From NCBI GenBank assembly GCA_963777285.1, contig CAVZPR010000002.1:1101972-1165971 (forward strand): a DNA stretch of 64,000 nucleotides, in the 5' to 3' direction. Position 1 is the first letter of the stretch, and each line of letters begins with the position of its first letter. The notes under the pieces are model-generated. The model was not told where the DNA came from. It made no database searches and saw only the letters and a program-made list of their open reading frames with translations. The position numbers were made by a program, and so were the translations under genes. Positions 21,409-31,784 of this stretch are shown here, one piece after another. Source of the DNA: Candidatus Dormiibacterota bacterium. Its GTDB lineage: Bacteria; Chloroflexota; Dormibacteria; Aeolococcales; Aeolococcaceae.

Positions 21409-22935
21409 ATGCCGTCGCAGGGCACCCACCCCGTGCCGCCAGTCAGGAGGACTTCAGTGCGTCGCAGAACATACCTCCGCCTCGCCCTGTCGCTTGCCGT
21501 GCCCGCCGCGCTGTGGCCGCTTGGCGCACACGCCGCGGATCAGACGGCCACGCAGGCGGCAGGCGTGGCTGCGGACACGGTCTGGGTGGTGGTCGCCGCC
21601 TGTTTCGTGCTGTTCATGCAAGCCGGGTTCGCCATGCTCGAGGTCGGCTTCGCGCGCATGAAGAACGTGGGCACCGTCGTGGCCAAGGTAGTCGTCAACC
21701 TGAGCATTTCCTCGATCGTGTACTGGCTGGTGGGTTTCGCAATCGCCTTCGGGGCGGCGAACGGGGCGGTGTTCAACTTCATCGGCGCGACCGGGTTCGC
21801 GCCGACCTTCCATCCTGGCTCGGTCATCGACCTGCCCGCCATTGCAGGATCCACGGCGCCGGCCGCCGCCAAGTTCTTCTTCGAATTCGTGTTCTGCGCC
21901 GTATCGCTGGCCATCGTTTGGGGCACGATGCTGGAGCGCACCAAGTTCATCGTCTACGTGCTCTTCGCGATCCCGTTCTGCGCCGTCATCTACCCGCTGA
22001 TCAGCCACTGGCTCTTCGGCGGCGGATGGCTGATGAGCATGTTCGGCTCGCAAGACTTCGCCGGCTCCACGGTGGTGCATCTGACGGGCGCAACAGCAGG
22101 ATTCGCCGGGCTGCTGCTCTTGGGACCGCGCATCGGCAAGTACGGTCGCGACAGAAGGCCCAATGCAATTCCGGGGCACAGCATGCCGCTCGCGCAGCTG
22201 GGCGTGATCATCCTCTGGTTCGGTTGGTTCGGATTCAATCCGGGGTCCACCCTCAACGCCACCAACCTGCATTTCGCCGACGTCGTGGTCACCACCAACC
22301 TGGCGGCTGCGGCAGGCGCACTTGCCGCGATGCTCACGATCTACGTGGTGCAGAAGACCCTCGACGTCGGCATGATCGGCAACGGAGCTATCGCGGCGCT
22401 GGTGGCCATCACCGCCCCGTCTGGATACGTACAGCCCTGGGCCGCCATCGTCATCGGCGCCGTCGCAGGGGTGATCGTTGTCTACGGCGTGCTCGCGATC
22501 GACAAGTGGCTCGACGACCCGGTCGGCGCGCTGAGTGCGCACGGCCTCGCAGGCATCTGGGGCACGCTCTCCTGCGGCCTCTTCACGGACCCAGCGCTGG
22601 CGAAGTTCAACGGCGTCGGCCAGGGTGGGCTGTTCTACACCGGGAGCTTCGGACAGCTGGGAGCGCAGGCGCTCGCGGTCACCGTCGCCTTCACGACGGT
22701 GTTCACCCTGTCGTTCGGATTCTTCTGGGCTATCAAGAAGACCGTGGGGCTGCGGGTCAGCGCGCGTCACGAGCTCGACGGCCTCGACATCAGCGAGCAC
22801 GGCATGTGGGGCTACCCGGAACAGTTCATGCCTGTGCCCGGTGGCTCGTACATCCATCCGGACGCGCTCGCAGAGCCTGAGCGGCGCCGCGCCGCCGCGG
22901 CGGCGTCGGCATCATTGGCCCCGGCAGAGCACTGA
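21409..22935 (+). CDS. amtB: ammonium transporter (Amt family)
   Basis: It has ..AADTVWVVVAACFVLFMQAGFAMLEVGFAR.., ..DFAGSTVVHLTGA.. and ..GVIILWFGWFGFNPGS.. with an N-terminal signal-like segment. The start could be a downstream GTG. Confidence 0.95.
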   Translation: MPSQGTHPVPPVRRTSVRRRTYLRLALSLAVPAALWPLGAHAADQTATQAAGVAADTVWVVVAACFVLFMQAGFAMLEVGFARMKNVGTVVAKVVVNLSISSIVYWLVGFAIAFGAANGAVFNFIGATGFAPTFHPGSVIDLPAIAGSTAPAAAKFFFEFVFCAVSLAIVWGTMLERTKFIVYVLFAIPFCAVIYPLISHWLFGGGWLMSMFGSQDFAGSTVVHLTGATAGFAGLLLLGPRIGKYGRDRRPNAIPGHSMPLAQLGVIILWFGWFGFNPGSTLNATNLHFADVVVTTNLAAAAGALAAMLTIYVVQKTLDVGMIGNGAIAALVAITAPSGYVQPWAAIVIGAVAGVIVVYGVLAIDKWLDDPVGALSAHGLAGIWGTLSCGLFTDPALAKFNGVGQGGLFYTGSFGQLGAQALAVTVAFTTVFTLSFGFFWAIKKTVGLRVSARHELDGLDISEHGMWGYPEQFMPVPGGSYIHPDALAEPERRRAAAAASASLAPAEH

Positions 22936-22948
22936 TGAGGTTGGGCAC

Positions 22949-23317
22949 ATGAAGAAGATCGAAGCGGTGATCCGGCCCGACCGTCTGCAGGCGGTCCAGG
23001 ACGCGCTCGATTCGCTGGGAGCGTCCGGCCTGACCGTGGTGGAGGTTCTCGGCTGCGGCCGGCAGCGGGGCTACACGGAGACCTATCGCGGAGCGCGAGC
23101 CAACATCTCGCTGCAGCGCAAAGTGAAGGTCGAGACGGTGGTGGCGGACTCGGCGGCACAGGCCGTCGTCGACGCCATCACCGGCGCCGCCCGGACGGGC
23201 GAGGTCGGCGACGGGAAGGTCTTCGTGATGCCCGTGGAGGACGCGATCCGGATTCGTTCGGGCGAGCGCGGCGAGGAGGTGGTGCGCCACCTGCAGCCGG
23301 AGCACTGGGGGCACTGA
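22949..23317 (+). CDS. glnK: P-II nitrogen regulatory protein (GlnK/GlnB)
   Basis: ATG 22949 lies 14 nt after amt. Translation is MKKIEAVIRPDRLQAVQDAL..TVVEVLGCGRQRGYTETYRGA..GDGKVFVMPVEDAIRIRSGERGE. The T-loop Tyr context (YRGA) is retained, and there is a ~10-aa C-terminal extension. Confidence 0.9.
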   Translation: MKKIEAVIRPDRLQAVQDALDSLGASGLTVVEVLGCGRQRGYTETYRGARANISLQRKVKVETVVADSAAQAVVDAITGAARTGEVGDGKVFVMPVEDAIRIRSGERGEEVVRHLQPEHWGH

Positions 23318-23450
23318 CAGCAGGCCGCTCCGCAATCAAGTGATGAACTGGGCAGCGATCCTGCCCGCGGCCTCTGCGGACCATCCGTCCGGCTCCTGGC
23401 GCAGTTGCCTGACCGGCGCGGGAAAGGCCTCTTGATAAACTCGATCTGCG

Positions 23451-23741
23451 ATGACCTATGTGGTTACCGAGACGTGCATCGATCTCAAGGACAAGTCGTG
23501 CATCGAGGTGTGCCCGGTCGACTGCATCCACGAGGCGGACGACGACCGCATGGTCTACATCGACCCCGACGAGTGCATCGACTGCGGCGCGTGCGTCGAC
23601 CCCTGCCCCGTTGACGCCATCTTCGCCGAGGAGGACGTCCCCTCGCCTCAGGTGGCCTTCGTCGAGATCAACAAGGTCTACTTCAAGGACAAGCCCGCCG
23701 CCAGGGCTCAGGTCGACGAGCTGAAGCCAGCGCCGAGCTGA
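23451..23741 (+). CDS. ferredoxin (FdxA-like, 7Fe type)
   Basis: Translation [27 protein letters not shown]...[18 protein letters not shown] gives two Cys clusters with the CxxCxxCxxxCP pattern. Confidence 0.9.
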   Translation: MTYVVTETCIDLKDKSCIEVCPVDCIHEADDDRMVYIDPDECIDCGACVDPCPVDAIFAEEDVPSPQVAFVEINKVYFKDKPAARAQVDELKPAPS

Positions 23742-23909
23742 CGACCGCCGCCCCTTGTGCGCGGCGCACGAAGCTGACGCCGCACGGCTGGGGTGCAGAG
23801 CCCATAGAACGGCGGCAGCAGGCGGCCTAGGCTCGTGGCATCACCGGCCACGCTCCTCGACCATCGGACGGACGTGTCCGGTCCTCGCCACCGCCCGAAG
23901 GAGGAACGA

Positions 23910-25390
<1,481 letters not shown>

Positions 25391-25403
<13 letters not shown>

Positions 25404-25894
25404 CCGCCGCGTCGCGCCACGTCCTCGACGGATGCGACGACCGCGTGGTGTCCCAGGTGCATCACGTCGTCCTCGAAGCCCTGGCCCTCGACTGTGAATC
25501 CCATGCGCTCGTAGAAGCCGAGGGCGCTGTCGCGACCGTTGGCCCAGACGACATCGGCTCCGTGTTCTCTCGCCAGCATCGCCACCGCACGCATCAGAGC
25601 CTCGCCAACTCCACGGCCACGCCATGAGGGATGGGTTGCCATGCCGCGGAAGTGCTCGCCGCGACGCCCGGGTGCGAGGTCGCAATCCTCCGGGAAGGTG
25701 CTGACCACGCCGGCGAGGTCGCCGTCGACGTAGGCTCCGAGGTGCACGGTCTCCGGTGAGGAGTCACTGCGTGAGATGGCGCTCTCCAGAGGGCGTCCGG
25801 CGCGCAGCACCGAGTGCCGTAGCGGCAGCACCGCGTCCAGCGGCACCCGCCGCACCTCGATGGTCGCTGCCCGGGGCTGTCGGTCAGCCGGCAA
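25391..25894 (-). CDS. GNAT-family N-acetyltransferase
   Basis: It has the acetyl-CoA motif ..[32 protein letters not shown].. and ..FYERMGF... Its start overlaps the dxs stop by 11 nt. Confidence 0.8.
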
Positions 25895-27758
25895 GCGCGC
25901 TCGTGGTCGGGATCAGCTCCAGGGTGGTGGCGGCCAAAGCATCGGCGTCGAGGCCGTACTGGTGCAGCAGCGTCGCCTGGGCCCCGTGCTCCAAGAACCG
26001 GTCAGGCAACCCAAGTCGCCGCAGCGGGACCATCACCGCCTCGGCGGCAAGCAGCTCCGCGACGGCGCTGCCGAAACCGCCTGTCGCGGTGCCATCCTCG
26101 ATGCTCACCGCCGCCCGGTGGCGCGAGACCAGCTCCGCGATGTCGGGGTCGAGCGGCTTCACGAAACGCGCGTCGACCACGGTCGCCGATACCCCACGCT
26201 GCATCAACTTGTCGGCCGCCTGCTCCGCCACCGCCACCATCTTGCCGACGGCGAGCAAAGCCACGTCGGATCCAGTGCGCGCCACACGCATACGGCCGAT
26301 CTCGACCGGCTCCAGCGGCGCCTGCCCTGCCTCGGGCGCGGCACCACGGGGATAGCGAAGCGAGAAGGGGCCGTCGTGGGCGAGACCGGTTGCCAGAAGC
26401 CGCCGCAGCTCATCTGGGCTGCTGGGCGCCGATACCGTCATGTTCGGAATGCAGCGCAGGTAGGCGAGGTCGAGCATGCCATGGTGCGAGGCGCCGTCGT
26501 CGCCGGTGATGCCCGCTCGGTCGATGACGAAAACGACGGGCAGATGGTGCAGCGAGACATCGCACGTCACCTGGTCGAACGCGCGCTGCAGGAAGGTGGA
26601 GTAGATGCAGACCACCGGGCGCATGCCCTTCATCGCCAGTCCCGCCGCAAACGTGACGGCGTGCTGCTCGGCGATGCCGACGTCGAAGAAGCGATCCGGG
26701 AACCTGCGCGCGAAGTCGAGCAGTCCCGTGGACGACGCCATCGCCGCGGTGATCGCCACGATGCGCTCGTCGGTTTCGGCCACCTCGCAGAGCGCTTCGC
26801 CGAATACGTCGGTCCATGCCGGCGCCTTCTTGGCGGCGACGCCGCTGTCCGGGTCGAATGTCGACACGCCGTGGAACTTGTCCACCTTGTCGGCAACCGC
26901 CGGGCCATACCCGTGTCCCTTGTTCGTCACCACGTGCACGACGACGGGGCCGCGGAACTGTCCCGCGTCGCGCAGCGCTCGCTCCACGGCGGCCACGTCG
27001 TGCCCATCGATGGGGCCGCCGTACTTCAGGCCCAGCGTTTCGAAGATCGACGCCGGCGCCACGAGCTGCTTGAGCGAGTTTTTCATGCGCCGCGCCGTCT
27101 CGTACGCAGAGTGCCCGACGGCGGGAAGCGACCTGAGTGCCTGGGCCGCGACATCTTTGGCGGCCTCATATTTCGGTGACAGCCGGAGCTGCCCCAGGTT
27201 TTCGGCAATGCCGCCGACCGTCGGCGCGTAGCTGCGGCCGTTGTCGTTGAGCACGATGACGAGCTCGGGCTTCAGCTGACCGATGTTGTTCAGGGCCTCG
27301 TATGCCATCCCGCCCGTCAGCGCCCCGTCGCCGATGACGCACACCACCTTGCCGGGCTCGTCGCGCAGCTTGCGCGCGGTCGCCAGACCGAGCGCGTAGC
27401 TGAGCCCCGTAGATGCATGCGAGTTCTCGACGATGTCGTGCTCCGACTCCTTCCGCGATGGATATCCGCTGAGTCCGCCCTTCTGGCGGAGCGTGTCGAA
27501 GGCCGCCAGCCTGCCTGTGACCATCTTGTGCACGTAGGCCTGATGCCCGGTGTCGAAGACGATCGCGTCGCGCGGGCTGTCGAAGACGCGGTGCAGCGCC
27601 ACGGTGAGCTCGACCACGCCGAGGTTTGGTCCCAGGTGCCCGCCGGTTCGTGAGACCGCGGCGACGAGGAATTCGCGGATCTCGGCGCACAGGCGCTCCA
27701 GATCGTTGGGGCCCAGGGAGCGCAGGTCCTCGGGCCCGGCGATCTCGTCGAGCAGCAT
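25884..27758 (-). CDS. dxs: 1-deoxy-D-xylulose-5-phosphate synthase
   Basis: 624 aa with ..GGHLGPNLGVVELTVALH.., ..FDTGHQAYVHK.. and the TPP motif ..GDGALTGGMAYEALNN... The layout is transketolase-like. Confidence 0.97.
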   Translation of the reverse strand: MLLDEIAGPEDLRSLGPNDLERLCAEIREFLVAAVSRTGGHLGPNLGVVELTVALHRVFDSPRDAIVFDTGHQAYVHKMVTGRLAAFDTLRQKGGLSGYPSRKESEHDIVENSHASTGLSYALGLATARKLRDEPGKVVCVIGDGALTGGMAYEALNNIGQLKPELVIVLNDNGRSYAPTVGGIAENLGQLRLSPKYEAAKDVAAQALRSLPAVGHSAYETARRMKNSLKQLVAPASIFETLGLKYGGPIDGHDVAAVERALRDAGQFRGPVVVHVVTNKGHGYGPAVADKVDKFHGVSTFDPDSGVAAKKAPAWTDVFGEALCEVAETDERIVAITAAMASSTGLLDFARRFPDRFFDVGIAEQHAVTFAAGLAMKGMRPVVCIYSTFLQRAFDQVTCDVSLHHLPVVFVIDRAGITGDDGASHHGMLDLAYLRCIPNMTVSAPSSPDELRRLLATGLAHDGPFSLRYPRGAAPEAGQAPLEPVEIGRMRVARTGSDVALLAVGKMVAVAEQAADKLMQRGVSATVVDARFVKPLDPDIAELVSRHRAAVSIEDGTATGGFGSAVAELLAAEAVMVPLRRLGLPDRFLEHGAQATLLHQYGLDADALAATTLELIPTTSALAG

Positions 27759-27842
27759 GAAGCCAGTCTAGTGGACGGCCGCCGCAGGCGCCGTCGGCGC
27801 CGGAAGGCCCCGTCGGGAGACGGCGCGCCATGATACGGCGCC

Positions 27843-28651
27843 ATGCCGATGCGCGATCCGCGGAAGGAGCTGCTCGCCGTGGCCGCGGCGGATGGCGACG
27901 TCGCCACGGGCGCTCTGTGGCTTGCTGCCGAGGACTGGCCCGGCCTGACCCCCGAGCCCTGGCTTGGACGGATCGACGATCTGGCCGGCGAGCTCAGCGT
28001 GCGCTGCGGTGTGAACGGCTGCAGCCCTGACGACGCCCCGCTCGTGGCTGCGCTGCTGCGTGACCGTTTGAAGCTCCACGGTGCGGGAGGAGGCGATCCG
28101 CGCAACCACTACCTGCACCACGGTGCTGCAGTCAGGCGCCGGCATCCCCATCGCGTGCGCTGCGCTGTGGATCGCGGTGGGGACACGCGCGTCGATCCCC
28201 ATCAGTGGGGTCAACATGCCTGGACACTTCCTCGTTCGAGTCGGCGATATGATCTTCGACACGGTCGCAGGCGGCGAGCCGTTGGACGAGGACGCGACCC
28301 GCCGGCTTGTTGCCGAGTTCGACGGGCCACCAGCCGGCGCGACTGGAGCCCGCGTGGCTCTCACGAGCGACCGCGCGCGACATGCTGGCGCGGATGTCGC
28401 GCAACCTTCGCGGGCTCTACTCCAGCCTCGAGCAGTGGCCACTCGCGCTGCGCGCTGCTGACCGCTGCGTCGATCTTGTTCCGGACGATCCCGCCGAACG
28501 GCGCGACCGCGGATTCCTGCTGTGGCGAATGGGACATCCCGCCGCGGCGCTCGACGATCTGCGTCATTATCTCGACGCGGAGCCACGATCAGCCCCGGAT
28601 CGCGGCAGCGTCGAGGAGATGGCCGCGCGCCTGCGCGCGTTCCTGAACTGA
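27843..28651 (+). pseudogene. SirB1/transglutaminase-like TPR protein, split over three frames
   Basis: Frame a reads ..GDPRNHYLH. The +1 frame reads TVLQSGAGIPIACAALWIAVGTRASIPISGVNMPGHFLVRVGDMIFDTVAGGEPL. The next +1 frame reads ..ARDMLARMSRNLRGLYSSLEQWPLALRAADRCVDLVPDDPAERRDRGFLLWRMGHPAAALDDLRHYL. The breaks are near 28115-28122 and 28327-28335. Confidence 0.6.
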
Positions 28652-28666
28652 GGCGCTCGCGGCGCC

Positions 28667-29065
28667 TCAACTGGCTCCGATGATGAAGGCGAGAAGCCAG
28701 ATGAGACCCACGACGACGAGGACGACGAACGGCATGGCCGCGAAGACGACCAGAGAGAACACGAGGCCCTCGTCGGAGATGCTCTCCGGCTGACGCATGC
28801 GCACGCGCACGTCGCGCGTGTACCAGGCGAGGCCGCCGATGATGAAACCAAGGAGCAGAAAGAAGATGCCTGCAAATGCGCTGCCGACACCGACCCGCGG
28901 TGGCGCGAGCGTGAACCGCCACGTGACCCCCAGCGCGATGGCCAGCAGCCCGCACGATATGAACCGCAACAGGATGGGAATGGGGCTGAGACGCGCAGGA
29001 GAAGCCGCGCGCGGTCTGCGTGCCGGCATCGATTCGAGTATAGGCAAGCTCCGCATCCCCGTCAT
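28667..29065 (-). CDS. hypothetical 4-TM membrane protein
   Basis: 132 aa with TM segments ILLRFISCGLLAIALGV, AFAGIFFLLLGFIIGGLAW, LVFSLVVFAAMPFVVLVVV and GLIWLLAFIIG. No family recognised. Confidence 0.5.
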   Translation of the reverse strand: MTGMRSLPILESMPARRPRAASPARLSPIPILLRFISCGLLAIALGVTWRFTLAPPRVGVGSAFAGIFFLLLGFIIGGLAWYTRDVRVRMRQPESISDEGLVFSLVVFAAMPFVVLVVVGLIWLLAFIIGAS

Positions 29066-29137
29066 GGGCGGCCGGCGGGCGGTCGAAGCGGAAGCCTGGA
29101 TAGACTGGTGAGCAGCGGCATCTCCATGGAGGCGCGA

Positions 29138-29596
29138 ATGACAGTCGGTCTGGAGCTACCCGATTTCGACCTGGCCACGAACGGCGGCGGCCACGTGCGC
29201 AAGGCGGACCTGGGCGGCCGGCGCACCATCCTCTACTTCTACCCCAAGGACGAGACCCCGGGATGCACCGTCGAGGGGCAGGAGTTCACCGCGCTGCGCA
29301 AGGACTTTCAAGCGAGCGGGGTCGACGTGTTCGGTGTCTCACCGGATTCAGTGAGGAGTCACGAGCGGTTCGTGGCGAAGTGTGAGCTGGACATTCCACT
29401 GATCAGCGACCCGGATCGCGTGCTCATCGACTCGCTCGGCGTCTGGCGCCAGAAGCAGTTCATGGGCAAGTCGTACATGGGGGTCGAGCGAAGCACCTTT
29501 CTCATAGGACCTGACGGATCGGTGCAGCGCGAGTGGCGCAAGGTTCACGCGCCAGGCCACGCAGCGGAGGTTCTGCAAGCCGTTTCCGGCACGTAG
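29138..29596 (+). CDS. bcp: peroxiredoxin Bcp (thiol peroxidase)
   Basis: ATG 29138 is preceded by GGAGG (the longest ORF starts at 29108). It has the active-site motif ..ILYFYPKDETPGCTVEG.. and ..VFGVSPDSVRSHERF... Confidence 0.9.
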   Translation: MTVGLELPDFDLATNGGGHVRKADLGGRRTILYFYPKDETPGCTVEGQEFTALRKDFQASGVDVFGVSPDSVRSHERFVAKCELDIPLISDPDRVLIDSLGVWRQKQFMGKSYMGVERSTFLIGPDGSVQREWRKVHAPGHAAEVLQAVSGT

Positions 29597-29607
29597 CCGC
29601 AACGCTC

Positions 29608-30573
29608 ATGCAACCGGTCGTCGACGCGCTGCTGCGGCGGCGCGTGGTGTTCGTAGCGGGCAAGGGGGGAACCGGCAAGAGCACCGTGGCGGCGGCGCTG
29701 GCCTTGATCGCAGCCCGTGCCGGCAAGCGCGTGCTCGCGGTGGACGTCGATGCCAAGGGCGACCTCGCTGCCGCGCTGGGCTCCGGCTCCACGGGATTCG
29801 CACCACAAGTGGTGCAGCGCGGCATCTCGACCATCGCGCTGCAGGCCGAGGAGTCCTTTCAGGAGTACCTGCGGCTGTACTTCAAGGTGCCGCGCGTGGC
29901 TCGGCTCACGCCGCTCTCGCGGGTCTTCGACTTCATCGCCACCGGTGTGCCGGGCCCGCGCGACATGCTCGTGGTGGGCAAGATCGCCTACGAGGAACGC
30001 CGCCGCGAACCCGGCGGCCAGCCGAGGTGGGACCTCATCGTCGTCGACTCCGCGGCCAGCGGCCACGTCGTGTCACATCTCGCCGCTGCGCGCGCGATGC
30101 TCTCACTGGTCCGCAGCGGCGTGATCCGTGGACAGGTCGAGTGGATCGACGAGCTGGTGCGGGACGATCGCCGCTGCACCGTGCTGCTGTGCGCGCTCCC
30201 CGAGGAGATGCCGGTGCGCGAGGCGATCGAGGTGCACGACAGGCTTCGGGCCGAGGCCGGTGTCTCGGTGAGCGGCTGCGTGCTCAACCGGATGGTGACG
30301 GTGGCGGTCTCACCGTCGCAGCGACGGCTGGTGACGCTGATGTGCGCCGCCGACGGCGATGGCCTGCGCACGCGTCTCGGAGGCAATCCTGAGCCGCTCG
30401 CCGATTCGCTCGAGCTCGCGCGGCGCCTCCACGACACCTCGGTCGACTACGCGAGGCAGCTCCGCAAGGGACTGCCAGTGCCGCTGCTGCCGGTGCCGCT
30501 GGAAACGGCCGCGCGCTCCGGCCTGGCCATGGCGCGTGCGGTTGCCGACGCCCTGGCCGGAGGTCGCGAGTGA
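29608..30573 (+). CDS. ArsA/Get3-like P-loop ATPase (first of a pair)
   Basis: ATG 29608. It has the deviant Walker A VVFVAGKGGTGKSTVAAALA and ..DLIVVDSAASGH... Its stop overlaps the next start (GTGA). Confidence 0.8.
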   Translation: MQPVVDALLRRRVVFVAGKGGTGKSTVAAALALIAARAGKRVLAVDVDAKGDLAAALGSGSTGFAPQVVQRGISTIALQAEESFQEYLRLYFKVPRVARLTPLSRVFDFIATGVPGPRDMLVVGKIAYEERRREPGGQPRWDLIVVDSAASGHVVSHLAAARAMLSLVRSGVIRGQVEWIDELVRDDRRCTVLLCALPEEMPVREAIEVHDRLRAEAGVSVSGCVLNRMVTVAVSPSQRRLVTLMCAADGDGLRTRLGGNPEPLADSLELARRLHDTSVDYARQLRKGLPVPLLPVPLETAARSGLAMARAVADALAGGRE

Positions 30574-31775
30574 GCGCCGGCACGGAGCGGCGTCGCGGCG
30601 AGCGCCGCCGGCCCGCGCAGCGCGAGTGGCCGGGATACGAGATGGGTCAACGCCTCGGCGCGCTGCGCGTTGTCGTCTGCTGCGGCAGCGGCGGCGTCGG
30701 CAAGACGACGGTCAGCGCGGCGCTGGCCATGTCCATCGCCGCGACCCAGGGGGAGCGCGTGCTGGTGTTGACCGTGGATCCCGCGCGCAGGCTGGCCACG
30801 GCGCTCGGTCTCAAGGGCATCGGTGCGGCACCGGTGGTCATCTCGCGGCCCCGCCTGCGGCGCGCCGGCCTCCCCGCACGGGGCGAGGTCGTGGCAGCGA
30901 TGCTCGACATGAAGTCGGAGTGGGACCACATGATCGAGCGGTACGCGCCGGATCGCAGGTCTGCCGAGCGCATCCTGCAGAACCGCTTCTACCAGAGGAT
31001 CAGCGACGCGTTCATCGGGTCGCACGAGTACGCGGCGATGGAGGCGCTGTACGAGCTGTACGAGCAGGGTGAGTACGACTGCGTCGTCATCGACACGCCG
31101 CCGTCGCGCAGCGCCCTGGACTTTCTCGAAGCGCCCACGCGGCTCACCGATTACGTCGGTGCGCGTCTGCTGTCATGGCTCGCGGGACCGTCGGGATTCG
31201 GTCTGCGCGCCATGAACCTGGCGGCGGCGCCGTTCCTGCGCCTTGCCGACCGGCTGCTGGGCAGTGAGATCCTGGAGGACGTGTCGGACTTCGTCCGCCA
31301 GCTGCAGGGCATCTACGGCGGCGTGCAGCGACGGGCGCGCGACGTGTACCGGCTGCTGCGCAGCCCGGAGGTCGGTTTCGTCGTCGTGACGACGTTGGAA
31401 GCAGGGCCCTTCGCCGAAGCGGAGTTCTTCATATCCAAGCTGCGCGAGTTCTCCATGCCCCTGCGCGCGATGGTCGTCAACCGCATGCTCCCGCAGAGCA
31501 TTCGGGACCCGCTGGGAGCGGCTGCGGCGACGACCTTGGTCGAGGACCCGAGGATCGCCCCGTGGCTGAGCGGGGCCCTTGGCGAGAAGGTCGGTGCCGA
31601 AACGGCTCGCGCCGTCGGCCGCACGCACCTCATGTTCAACGCGCTCGCGCAGCGCGACGCGCGCCAGCTGGGCCGGCTGGAGCGGCTGACCGACGTGCCG
31701 GTGTCACGCATCCCGCTCTTCACAGATGACGTCAGCGAGCTCGAGGGTCTGGTGAGGATCGCGGGCCTGCTCTGA
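30570..31775 (+). CDS. ArsA/Get3-like P-loop ATPase (second of a pair)
   Basis: It has Walker A VVVCCGSGGVGKTTVSAALA, ..VLVLTVDPARRLATALGL.. and ..YDCVVIDTPPS.., and is coupled to the upstream paralogue. Confidence 0.8.
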   Translation: MSAGTERRRGERRRPAQREWPGYEMGQRLGALRVVVCCGSGGVGKTTVSAALAMSIAATQGERVLVLTVDPARRLATALGLKGIGAAPVVISRPRLRRAGLPARGEVVAAMLDMKSEWDHMIERYAPDRRSAERILQNRFYQRISDAFIGSHEYAAMEALYELYEQGEYDCVVIDTPPSRSALDFLEAPTRLTDYVGARLLSWLAGPSGFGLRAMNLAAAPFLRLADRLLGSEILEDVSDFVRQLQGIYGGVQRRARDVYRLLRSPEVGFVVVTTLEAGPFAEAEFFISKLREFSMPLRAMVVNRMLPQSIRDPLGAAAATTLVEDPRIAPWLSGALGEKVGAETARAVGRTHLMFNALAQRDARQLGRLERLTDVPVSRIPLFTDDVSELEGLVRIAGLL

Positions 31776-31784
31776 GCACGAGGC

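Noticed and set aside
21174-22880. 568-aa plus-strand ORF and 467-aa minus-strand ORF covering the amt gene
   Set aside because: Both are alternative frames of the ammonium transporter gene, whose own frame has unmistakable Amt motifs. The alternatives are Arg/Gly/His-rich with no domain signal.
27768-28955. 395-aa minus-strand ORF opposite the SirB1-like locus
   Set aside because: Its translation is Arg/Pro/Ala-rich without motifs. The plus strand contains family-typical sequence, although frameshifted, and the 28667-29065 membrane ORF is in a different minus frame.
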